From an uncultured Chitinophagales bacterium (lineage in GTDB: Bacteria > Bacteroidota > Ignavibacteria > UBA10030 > UBA6906): DNA of 64,000 nt. The DNA is taken from positions 6,149-70,148 of the forward strand of contig CAZBWR010000007.1 in assembly GCA_964495695.1 (NCBI GenBank). The letters are read 5' to 3'. A program made the position numbers and the translations under genes. This document shows positions 56,289 to 64,000 of this stretch, piece by piece (position 1 is the stretch's first letter; each line of letters begins with the position of its first letter). The notes under the pieces were generated by a model. It was not told the origin of the DNA. It saw only the letters and a list, made by a program, of their open reading frames with translations, and made no database searches.

Positions 56289-57526
56289 TCTATTCGCAAG
56301 AGCTTTCTTCGGAGTAATTCGAGGGCGGCCTGTGATGCCCGCTCCTTGACACGCAGCCGTTCGGTGCCGAATTGAAAGCGAAGCGCAGTCGTTGAGTCAG
56401 CATCGGCATAGCCGATCCACACCAGTCCTACCGGCTTATCTGCGCTACCCCCTGTCGGGCCTGCAATTCCTGTTGTGGAGATGCCGATGTCGGTTCCCGC
56501 CACGCGCCGCACGCCTTCGGCCATTGCTTCGGCCACCTCCCGGCTGACAGCTCCGTGCTCAGCAATAAGTGATTCGGGTACGCCCAGTAATTCGCTCTTT
56601 GAACGGTTGCTGTACGCGATGACGGCACGCTCGAAGTATCCCGAGCTGCCGCTCACGTCCGTGATCTTACTCGCTATGAGTCCACCGGTACACGATTCGG
56701 CGATGGCGAGTGTCAGCTCTCTCTTTGTGAGAATCCTGCCGATTGTCTCTTCAAGTTCTTCGTCATTCAGTCCGTAAATGTACTTCTGCACTTTCTCCCT
56801 GATGCGTTGTTCAATTTCGCGAATGCGCTGATCGGCTCTCTCGGTAGTTTCGTCCATTACGGTAATCCGCATTCTTACACCCGTGGAAGAAGGGAGAAAT
56901 GCCAGCTTTGCCCCTTGCAGAATGTCATCGAGATTGCCGAGTTGGGTGGCAAGCATGCTTTCAGGAATACCCGTTGTTTTTAATGTAAGATGGCGGATGA
57001 CGGAGCCGCTGACCTTTGCTGCAAGGATTTCGACAACGGACCTGTCTACCATCTCTTTCATTTCATATGGGACCCCGGGCAGAATTATCAGCGATTTTAT
57101 TCCTTCCTCGAACAGCATGCCACCCGCCGTCCCGACCGGATTGGGCACCAATTTTGCTTTTCCGGGAAACATGGTTTGTTCCTCGTAGGAGGCGGACCAG
57201 GGACGATTCCACTGTTTTGTCAGCTCCTGTATTCGTGAAAGCAATTCTTCGTTCCGGACAAGTTCGGTACTGAAGAACTCGCACGCCGCCTTCTTGGTTA
57301 CGTCGTCGTGTGTAGGGCCAAGTCCTCCCGTTACGATAACGACGTCGTGCTGGTTCCACGCCTCGGTGAATGCCGCAAGAATGCCGTTGAGGTCATCTCC
57401 CACAGTCGTCATCTTGTTGATATGGATGCCGATACCGTTCAGCTTCTCGGCAATGTATGCCTGGTTTGTGTTGATGACCTGCCCGATAAGCAACTCATCA
57501 CCAATCGTAATGATTTCAGCTTTCAT
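56285..57526 (-). CDS. cinA: competence/damage-inducible protein CinA (MoCF-binding + PncC nicotinamide-nucleotide amidase domains)
   Basis: MKAEIITIGDELLIGQVINTN, TGGLGPTHDDVT and the C-terminal AESCTGGL are present. Confidence 0.9.
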   Translation of the reverse strand: MKAEIITIGDELLIGQVINTNQAYIAEKLNGIGIHINKMTTVGDDLNGILAAFTEAWNQHDVVIVTGGLGPTHDDVTKKAACEFFSTELVRNEELLSRIQELTKQWNRPWSASYEEQTMFPGKAKLVPNPVGTAGGMLFEEGIKSLIILPGVPYEMKEMVDRSVVEILAAKVSGSVIRHLTLKTTGIPESMLATQLGNLDDILQGAKLAFLPSSTGVRMRITVMDETTERADQRIREIEQRIREKVQKYIYGLNDEELEETIGRILTKRELTLAIAESCTGGLIASKITDVSGSSGYFERAVIAYSNRSKSELLGVPESLIAEHGAVSREVAEAMAEGVRRVAGTDIGISTTGIAGPTGGSADKPVGLVWIGYADADSTTALRFQFGTERLRVKERASQAALELLRRKLLRIE

Positions 57527-57529
57527 GTG

Positions 57530-58108
57530 TCAGAAAAGGGAAGGGTGGAAGTACGAAAGTATGGCGACAATGACACGCGTTGTGATATTGGCGTAGATCG
57601 CTGCAACAACATCATCAAGCATGATGCCGATGCCGGACCCGAACTGTTCGGTCTGACGAGCCGGATACGGTTTGATAATATCGAAGACACGAAATGCGAC
57701 AAATCCGATGACAAGCGAGATGACGGAGGGATGAATTGCCAGCATCGTAATCCACATTCCCACGATTTCGTCGATGACGACAATCGAAGGGTCGGGTGCG
57801 GAATGCCCGCCGGGTTGGAAGCGCTCCTTAGCTCTCCGGGCAGATTCGGTGAGTTTGTGCCCTTCCACTTCGGCGATTTTGGCCGATGTATAGATTCCGG
57901 CAATCAGGCCGGCAATGACGACGGGAAGGAGGACCTCAACATTCCAGAATCCCGGAATGAAAAAACAGAGTGCTCCTATGAGCGTCCCGATGGTCCCGGA
58001 GGCCCACGGCGAGTACCCGGTAAACAAACCGGTCGCAATGCACCGGACGGTGAAAGACGCCTGTGACGAAGGGTCAGGCGACGAATCCCCGTGATCGAAG
58101 TTGTTCAT
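57530..58108 (-). CDS. pgpA: phosphatidylglycerophosphatase A
   Basis: GYSPWASGTIGTL, VIDEIVGMW and KPYPA are present. Confidence 0.8.
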   Translation of the reverse strand: MNNFDHGDSSPDPSSQASFTVRCIATGLFTGYSPWASGTIGTLIGALCFFIPGFWNVEVLLPVVIAGLIAGIYTSAKIAEVEGHKLTESARRAKERFQPGGHSAPDPSIVVIDEIVGMWITMLAIHPSVISLVIGFVAFRVFDIIKPYPARQTEQFGSGIGIMLDDVVAAIYANITTRVIVAILSYFHPSLF

Positions 58109-58709
58109 ACAGTTCTCTCAAAAAATGTCTGTTGTCGAACAAATAGGCGATGCCCGTGCCAACAGTGGTGAGAGTAACCAATAGCATCATCCCGAAAAGG
58201 ACTTGTTCATTCATCAACCCGTCGATCTCCTCCCGATACTTGTCGTAGAGGGGTGTAATTGTCCGGGCAACATACAAGGCAAGAATGTAGTAGATGACCA
58301 CAAACTGTCCGAACGTTTTTGCCTGTGCACTCTTTGACGTCACGATGGGGCGGTCTTTATACTCCGCGTAGCTCCGTAGTCCGGTGATAAGAAAATCCCG
58401 CACGATAACAATCCAAGCCATCCAGCCGTCGATCAATCCGAGAGAAACAAACACAAGAAATGCGGCCGAGGTAAGAATCTTGTCGGCAAGCGGGTCGAGG
58501 AACTTGCCCCACCGTGAGATGTATCCGAAACGCCGCGCAATCCATCCATCATACCAATCGGTGAGCGCGGCGATGATGAATACTGCCAGCGAGAGTTGTT
58601 TGTGGAGGGGTGATTCCGAAAGAATGAAGTACGCAAACACCGGCGTGAGCAGCACGCGGAGCAGCGTGAGTTGGTTTGGAGCGTTCAGTTCTATTGAGAT
58701 CTTACGCAT
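58074..58709 (-). CDS. pgsA: CDP-diacylglycerol--glycerol-3-phosphate 3-phosphatidyltransferase
   Basis: The CDP-alcohol phosphotransferase motif is DWYDGWIARR...GKFLDPLADK. Confidence 0.9.
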   Translation of the reverse strand: MRKISIELNAPNQLTLLRVLLTPVFAYFILSESPLHKQLSLAVFIIAALTDWYDGWIARRFGYISRWGKFLDPLADKILTSAAFLVFVSLGLIDGWMAWIVIVRDFLITGLRSYAEYKDRPIVTSKSAQAKTFGQFVVIYYILALYVARTITPLYDKYREEIDGLMNEQVLFGMMLLVTLTTVGTGIAYLFDNRHFLRELYEQLRSRGFVA

Positions 58710-58848
58710 AAGGCTTGCGTTGCATTCCTGTATGCGTTACCCTGGGGCCCGAGCGTACGAGAAGCGTCCGTTGATGGGTGGCTTGCGCAGGATTACGCTG
58801 TAACGATCCGGCACTGCATGCGCCGGAGGATGTAGAGTTGTCGAGCAA

Positions 58849-58878
58849 GAAAAAAGCCATCACCTGATGCTGATGGCT
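58849..58878 (-). terminator. Rho-independent terminator after rpmB
   Basis: The minus strand reads AGCCATCA-gcatcagg-TGATGGCT followed by TTTTTTC. Confidence 0.8.
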
Positions 58879-58908
58879 TCTGGATGAAACCGTGGTTATC
58901 GCCGGCTC

Positions 58909-59100
58909 TTATGCCGCCTTCATGACCTTGTTGCTCTTGAGGCACTGGGCGCATACAGTCATACGCTTCGTCCTGCCCGCGACTTTTGCACGGACAGACT
59001 GCAGATTCGGAAGCCAGCGGCGGCGAGTCCGGTTGTGGGCGTGGCTGATATTATTGCCACTAACCGGCTTTTTGCCGCATATTTCACATACTTTAGCCAT
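58909..59100 (-). CDS. rpmB: 50S ribosomal protein L28
   Basis: [34 protein letters not shown] is present. I prefer the ATG at 59100 over the 80-aa ORF-track form. Confidence 0.93.
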   Translation of the reverse strand: MAKVCEICGKKPVSGNNISHAHNRTRRRWLPNLQSVRAKVAGRTKRMTVCAQCLKSNKVMKAA

Positions 59101-59170
59101 TGGAAGTCCTTCTCTGAAAAATTGTGTCAAGAATATAGCGAAAATGGGCAATTACCGCAATTAAAAATAT

Positions 59171-60088
59171 TTAAGCGGGGTTATCTTTCGGCGAGTCGTC
59201 GGTATCCACAAAATGGTCGGGATAGTGTTCACGGGCGCAATCGGGGCAAATGCCGTGTGTGAATTGAGCCTCCGAGTGCATCATGATGTACTTCTCAAGT
59301 GTGTTCCAGTATCCCCGGTCGTCCCTGATCTTCTTGCATGATGAGCAGATTGGCAACAACCCTGCGAGGGTCTTGATTTCCGAGAGTGCCTGCTTGAGAG
59401 AGTTCACACTGTCAAGAAGGTGTGCCTCTGATTTCTTCAACTCAGATTCAAGTCTTTGGCTGTTCAACATAAGGAAGCTCACGACCCACCCCAGTTCCAT
59501 GATCGCCAGGCCCATGGCATATCCGGTTTGAACGGGTGTTGCTTGGAATATCTCCTGTGTTGGATTGATGAACCACGCGATCCCGCGTACGATCATGCTA
59601 ATTGCAAACAGAATAAAAAGTGACGCACAGGCGGAGTAGATGAGAGCTCTCCCCTTGGGCCTGTGCCTGAGTAATTCATAGGCGATGGCAAGACAGACTC
59701 CGCCAACGATGATCGACAGAGCGAGTGCCCGCGTGGCGATCTGATCATCAACAAAATAATAATACGAGGCGATAAGAAGCATGACAACCGGAAGCGTATA
59801 GAAGAGTTTGTTCGCTTTCGAATCCCGCATAAACTGCACCGTTCCGTCAAACCGGAGAACTGCTGCTGTGACAAACAGTGTGTTGTTTCCCAGGATACTC
59901 AGCCAATCGGGGATCGAGCCGCGGATGACTACAGCAAGATACCCTAATGTCGCAAGAAACATTCCCGCCATCCAGAGTGTGAACCCGGGGTACGTCTTGT
60001 GATTCCTTGCGTAGAAGAGCATCGCAAAGGAAAGAAACGCGTAGGTGATCGTTGTTTGGATAAAGAGTGTTCGAAGGTCGAAGTTCAT
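59171..60088 (-). CDS. 7-TM membrane protein with coiled coil and C-terminal Cys/His-rich (zinc-ribbon-like) module
   Basis: 305 aa with about seven hydrophobic helices in aa 8-208. A helical linker QRLESELKKSEAHLLDSVNSLKQALSEIK follows, then ICSSCKKIRDDRGYWNTLEKYIMMHSEAQFTHGICPDCA. No kinase, GGDEF or HTH domain is present. Confidence 0.6.
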   Translation of the reverse strand: MNFDLRTLFIQTTITYAFLSFAMLFYARNHKTYPGFTLWMAGMFLATLGYLAVVIRGSIPDWLSILGNNTLFVTAAVLRFDGTVQFMRDSKANKLFYTLPVVMLLIASYYYFVDDQIATRALALSIIVGGVCLAIAYELLRHRPKGRALIYSACASLFILFAISMIVRGIAWFINPTQEIFQATPVQTGYAMGLAIMELGWVVSFLMLNSQRLESELKKSEAHLLDSVNSLKQALSEIKTLAGLLPICSSCKKIRDDRGYWNTLEKYIMMHSEAQFTHGICPDCAREHYPDHFVDTDDSPKDNPA

Positions 60089-60371
60089 GCCGCTAAGTTT
60101 CTGCTTTCGTTTCTCAAGAGTTTGCCCGGAATGTTGGGGAACGCCGCAATATACGAAGTGAAGGCGGACTCTTCACCTTGCCATTGTGGGAATTAAGAAA
60201 TTCCTGTTTCCCAGAATGTAATGCTTTGCACGATTTTAGTAGTCTCTTCTACGGAAAACAACCTAAGTGTCCATCCTACGAATAGTTGCCACTCGATGTG
60301 TACTTTCCTAACTTGTATACAATTCTCTGCGGATAGCATTGACAAACTCCCCCAACATATCGCCCAAGTCT

Positions 60372-63300
60372 GTGACAGTACGCCGGATTTTGCGTTACGG
60401 CATACTTGGTTCTGTTATTCTCTTGCTGATTCTTGCGGGTGTGATGGCTTTCTTTTCCTTGCCCCCCGGAGAGAGAATCGTCAGGGGTATACTAGAGACG
60501 CAATTAGCCTCTTTGCTGAACCAGCCTGTCCGGATCGCCGACTTTGAGACGAATGTCTTATCAAGAGTTCGCGTTTCCGGTGTTGAATTACTCAACACCA
60601 GTAACAAGTCGCGGGTTATTGCCATCAACAACATCCTGCTGAACTACTCTCTTGTTCCGCTTGTAAGTAGGGAGATACGTCTCGTGTCACTGCATGTCGA
60701 TTCTGTTTTCGTGGTTATCCGGCGCGATACGGCAGGGAGTTCAGGTGTAACCATGCTTGACGAAACTCAAGAAGCCGGCAAAACCTACGACGATACATCC
60801 CGTTCCTTCTTTCGAGTAGTCATCGATACCATTCAGCTCTCGTCGCTTTCGGTGGAGTATGCTGATGAGTCACGTCAGGTTTTTGCGGAAGTGAAGAACA
60901 TGTCTTTTTCCCTGGTGCGCGACGATGAGAACAGTCATATCTTTACCGCTACCAATCGAGCAGGCATCGTGCGGTATGGAGCAGGCGATCCGGCGGATTT
61001 TTTGATTAATTTTGCCGGACATGTGTCCCCCAAGCGCGTCTCGGTCGATAGTCTTAAGGGTGAGATTGGCGGAATGACTTTGCGCGGAACAGCAGTCGTT
61101 CCGGAAGAAGAAACCGAACCATTGCATGCCGACATTTCCGTCACTGGTACTCCGAATACCCTGCTCAATGCATTCGGCAACAGAGATGTCAGTGTCGAAG
61201 GGGGGATACATCTCCACCTGACGGCAAAGGGAACCCGGAAGAACCCTGTCACGAAAGTGCGTGCTGAAATTGCCCGGGCCAAAGTTAAAAATGTAAGTAT
61301 AGAGAGTGGGCGCCTGGCGCTGCAGGCGACGCGTAACGAAATCTCCGTAGATACTCTCGCAATTTCTGCTTACCGCGGCTCGCTTCAGGCGGGTGGGGTA
61401 TTCACGGTAGCTGATACGTCTCTCAGAAATGGAGAGTTGACCCTCAGGAATATCGATCTTGCTGCACTCGTCAAAGACCTGACAGGTGCCGTCCCGGCAA
61501 CAACCGGGTTTTTATCGGGCAGAGTTCTCGTTGAAGGAACCGGCATGAGGGCAAGTGGTTGGAATGCAACGGCGGATGCCGCCTTTTCTGGCGTGAAGCT
61601 GAAGGGTGAGGATCTTCCGGGGGCGACAATGACAGGATGGCTTCGCGGAGGGTTGTTCAACGCCGTGTTTGAGCAAGATAACAACACACTTTCCGTGCGG
61701 GGAGGGATCTCAGATAAAGCGGTTCGCGGAGAAATGAGAGCAGATATCCCTCGCGTTGCCGCGTTCGCACGATTGGCGGGATTCGACGGAGCGAGAGGAG
61801 ATTTTCATGCGAAAGGAACATTCAACTTAACTGAAGGGACGTCTGACGTTCGGGTAAAGGCAAACGGGACCGGGCTTTCCTACAAGAATGTCCCCCTCGA
61901 TACAATAATCACTGAACTACACTATCGAGACAGGAAGTTGAGGATAACGTCGCTTGAATTCTCCGGTGCTCTCAATCCCATTCCCGAGGATTCTGCTCCG
62001 TTTGATCTCCGCGGGTTGTCGGGGAGCGTGGAGTATGCAGGAGAACTCTCCGGCACTCTCAATAACCTGACCGGCTCCATTTCGGCAGCTCTGACAGACC
62101 TTGAATATGAGGGACAGAAACTCGATTCAGCAGGAATCCGTTTTGATCTTGACGGAAGTCTTGTCGAGGTAACACACGGAAGAATTGTCAGAGATTCCCT
62201 GGAACTGGTTCTGGGTGGTAAGTTTGACACTCGGAAGACAGAAGGGGAGTTAGTAATTCAAGCATCAGTGGCTCATGATTCCACTGAACTCCCTCTCCGG
62301 AAAGACGCCGGACGTATCGTCGCATCGTTTCGTGCCGGAGGAAATTCCCTTAACCTCACATCGTCGGGGCGGCACATCGTGCTTTCGGTGTTTGCACCAT
62401 TTGTTCCGGACTCTCTGCGCGTCGGGGGGAAAGCGGATTTCGATCTTTCACTTTCGGGAGCAATACGGAATCCTGAAGTGCGGCTCACCGCACGGATCGT
62501 AGATCCATATGTCGATACAATTCGGCTTGACTCGATTCTTGCCGGCGTTTCGTTATCGAATCACCTTGTTGAGGTGGACCACTTCAGCATTCACCGGCGT
62601 GACCATAAAGCGGCGGCGAGTGGGACAATCCTTCTCACACAGGACTCGACCGGCGCGTATACAGTAACGCCGAGGAGTTCAATCAGCGGAGAACTTACCG
62701 TCAGTACATTTGACCTTCAGACATTCGAGCCTCTCATGCCCGAAGGCGGCTCGCTGTCGGGACGAACGTCGCTCGACCTTGCGTGGTCCGGTACGGTCAC
62801 CAAGCCCGGTGTTACCGGTATGGCACTGCTTGATTCGCTCAGGATTTCTTATACGCCGGAAGTAGAGCCGGTTGAACTATCGATGAGAGCTGCTTTATCA
62901 GATACCGTCATCACCATCGACTATGCAAACGGCAAAGCCTTAGGTCAGCCTTTCGTTATAAAAGGATATGTTACGCGTCAGGGGCTTGAGAATCTACGTA
63001 CAGACCTGGTGATGGACTTCTCCGAGTCAGGGAAGTTTGTCGGCAAAGGAGTAATCGGGCGCGAGAACATAGATTTTGTCGCTGAAGTGGACCGGCTCGA
63101 TGTTGCTTTGTTCAGGCCGTTTGCAACGCGTGTGAAGGATCTGAAGGGAACGATTGACAGCCGCATGACGCTCAGTGGCAATACTATGATGCCGGAAATG
63201 CAGGGCTATCTGACGGTTCGAGATGTCTCCATGAGGCCGGAGGCTCTTGACCAGACTGTCAGCAACGGAATTCTGAAAGCGAGCTTCAGAGGAAACAGCA

Positions 63301-64000
63301 TAACGATCGATTCACTGTTTGCCCGGATTGGTGACGGGACATTTCTTGTGACGGGGGGCTTTGCAGTTGCGCAAGAGGCTGTGCGAGATGTGCGGCTTGC
63401 AGCCCGTGCCGGGCGGATCAAGCTTACCAGCCCGGAGGAATTTGTCGTCACGGTGGATACCGCCACTCTTCAGTATGCCCCGCGCAACGAATATTACATG
63501 CTTACAGGTGATATCAAGTTCGGTGACTCGCGTCTGACGAAGGATCTGGAGCCCGATGCCATTCTTCCGTGGGCGCGATCCGTTGAACGACCCGAAACGG
63601 AACTTCCCGCGCTGCTTCAGCAAACACGGATGGACATCCGCGTGCGCGAAAGCGAGAACCTGTGGGTAGACAACAACCTCGCTCGCATGCGCATGCATGC
63701 CGAGCTTTCGATCACCGGGAATCCCGCCCGGCCCAATCTTTCCGGGAGGTTAAGTATCACCAACGGATATCTTTTGTATCTCGACCGCAAATTCGATGTG
63801 AAGGAGGGGGAGTTCCTGTTCTCAGACCCCAACCGCCTCAATCCCGACATTAGACTGAAGGCGCAATCCCAGGTTACGACGTATCAAGGTATGTCGCCCC
63901 AAACGTACACCGTGCAATTTTCTGCCGAAGGCCCGATGGAGCAGCTTGTTGTGAACCTGACATCGGAGCCCCCCCTGGACAAGCCGGATATCGTGGCTCT
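60372..64000 (+). CDS. tamB: TamB-like translocation and assembly module protein (DUF490), 3'-truncated by the window edge; absent from the ORF track
   Basis: I translated from GTG 60372; TTG 60339 is an alternative start, and an in-frame TAA lies at 60309. The N-terminal signal anchor is ILRYGILGSVILLLILAGVMAFF. More than 1200 codons remain open to position 64000 and are repetitive and beta-rich. The C-terminal DUF490-like block is LWVDNNLARMRMHAELSITGNPARPNLSGRLSITNGYLLYLDRKFDVKEGEFLFSDP. Confidence 0.7.
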   Translation, partial: MTVRRILRYGILGSVILLLILAGVMAFFSLPPGERIVRGILETQLASLLNQPVRIADFETNVLSRVRVSGVELLNTSNKSRVIAINNILLNYSLVPLVSREIRLVSLHVDSVFVVIRRDTAGSSGVTMLDETQEAGKTYDDTSRSFFRVVIDTIQLSSLSVEYADESRQVFAEVKNMSFSLVRDDENSHIFTATNRAGIVRYGAGDPADFLINFAGHVSPKRVSVDSLKGEIGGMTLRGTAVVPEEETEPLHADISVTGTPNTLLNAFGNRDVSVEGGIHLHLTAKGTRKNPVTKVRAEIARAKVKNVSIESGRLALQATRNEISVDTLAISAYRGSLQAGGVFTVADTSLRNGELTLRNIDLAALVKDLTGAVPATTGFLSGRVLVEGTGMRASGWNATADAAFSGVKLKGEDLPGATMTGWLRGGLFNAVFEQDNNTLSVRGGISDKAVRGEMRADIPRVAAFARLAGFDGARGDFHAKGTFNLTEGTSDVRVKANGTGLSYKNVPLDTIITELHYRDRKLRITSLEFSGALNPIPEDSAPFDLRGLSGSVEYAGELSGTLNNLTGSISAALTDLEYEGQKLDSAGIRFDLDGSLVEVTHGRIVRDSLELVLGGKFDTRKTEGELVIQASVAHDSTELPLRKDAGRIVASFRAGGNSLNLTSSGRHIVLSVFAPFVPDSLRVGGKADFDLSLSGAIRNPEVRLTARIVDPYVDTIRLDSILAGVSLSNHLVEVDHFSIHRRDHKAAASGTILLTQDSTGAYTVTPRSSISGELTVSTFDLQTFEPLMPEGGSLSGRTSLDLAWSGTVTKPGVTGMALLDSLRISYTPEVEPVELSMRAALSDTVITIDYANGKALGQPFVIKGYVTRQGLENLRTDLVMDFSESGKFVGKGVIGRENIDFVAEVDRLDVALFRPFATRVKDLKGTIDSRMTLSGNTMMPEMQGYLTVRDVSMRPEALDQTVSNGILKASFRGNSITIDSLFARIGDGTFLVTGGFAVAQEAVRDVRLAARAGRIKLTSPEEFVVTVDTATLQYAPRNEYYMLTGDIKFGDSRLTKDLEPDAILPWARSVERPETELPALLQQTRMDIRVRESENLWVDNNLARMRMHAELSITGNPARPNLSGRLSITNGYLLYLDRKFDVKEGEFLFSDPNRLNPDIRLKAQSQVTTYQGMSPQTYTVQFSAEGPMEQLVVNLTSEPPLDKPDIVA

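Noticed and set aside
60190-60206. Small palindrome GGAATT-aaga-AATTCC in the divergent region between the 7-TM gene and tamB
   Set aside because: It has only 6-bp AT-rich arms containing an EcoRI-like half-palindrome. A chance occurrence is likely and there is no second copy.
60221-63853. A set of 60-130-aa ORFs from the track on both strands (for example 60221..60547 +, 60870..61217 -, 63312..63698 -)
   Set aside because: All lie off-frame or antisense within the long TamB-like open frame. None has a motif or an SD.
1-64000. Search for CRISPR arrays, tRNA/rRNA genes, IS elements, integrases and phage genes
   Set aside because: I saw no regularly spaced direct repeats and no cloverleaf-like sequences in the intergenic gaps, all of which are under 290 nt. 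I saw no transposase or integrase motifs in any frame I inspected. A visual scan cannot exclude small ncRNAs.

Overview
This is a 64-kb window from a moderately GC-rich bacterium. It most likely belongs to the FCB superphylum (Ignavibacteriota/Bacteroidota-like). That is an inference from two T9SS type-A C-terminal sorting domains, a PorV/PorQ-like outer-membrane protein, a GWxTD protein and KorAB. I count about 62 tightly packed protein-coding genes, many with 4-nt start/stop overlaps, and most are housekeeping. They include hslVU, rpoN, dprA, glmM, glyQS, rpmE, rsmB, kbl, apbC, ftsE, pdxA, pepA, nrnA, korAB, rplI-rpsR-rpsF, pth-ctc-prs, bioY, pgsA-pgpA-cinA-thpR-recA-recX and rpmB. I saw no rRNA, tRNA, CRISPR array, transposase or integrase. 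Two genes run off the window edges and are missing from the ORF track: an S8 protease at 1..648 (-) and a TamB-like gene at 60372..>64000 (+). The accessory-like content is: (i) tandem subtilases and a 1250-aa M14 carboxypeptidase carrying T9SS sorting domains; (ii) a complete arsenic operon, arsR-arsM-arsN2-orf99-arsC-acr3, with a palindromic operator; (iii) an orphan EutN/CcmL microcompartment-vertex gene embedded in a housekeeping operon next to two unknown small genes; (iv) a 7-TM protein ending in a Cys/His-rich module. The most interesting locus is a four-gene operon at 3.18-8.18 kb. It is bounded by a consensus sigma-54 -24/-12 promoter and a clean intrinsic terminator. It encodes a 2-TM protein with an intramembrane Glu and a 15-residue repeat array, a bitopic multi-beta-module protein, and two paralogous predicted outer-membrane barrels. 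The first two proteins resemble the GldL/GldM (PorL/PorM) motor only in architecture, and I recognise none of the four as a named family. I propose it, as an inference, as a candidate undescribed trans-envelope system.
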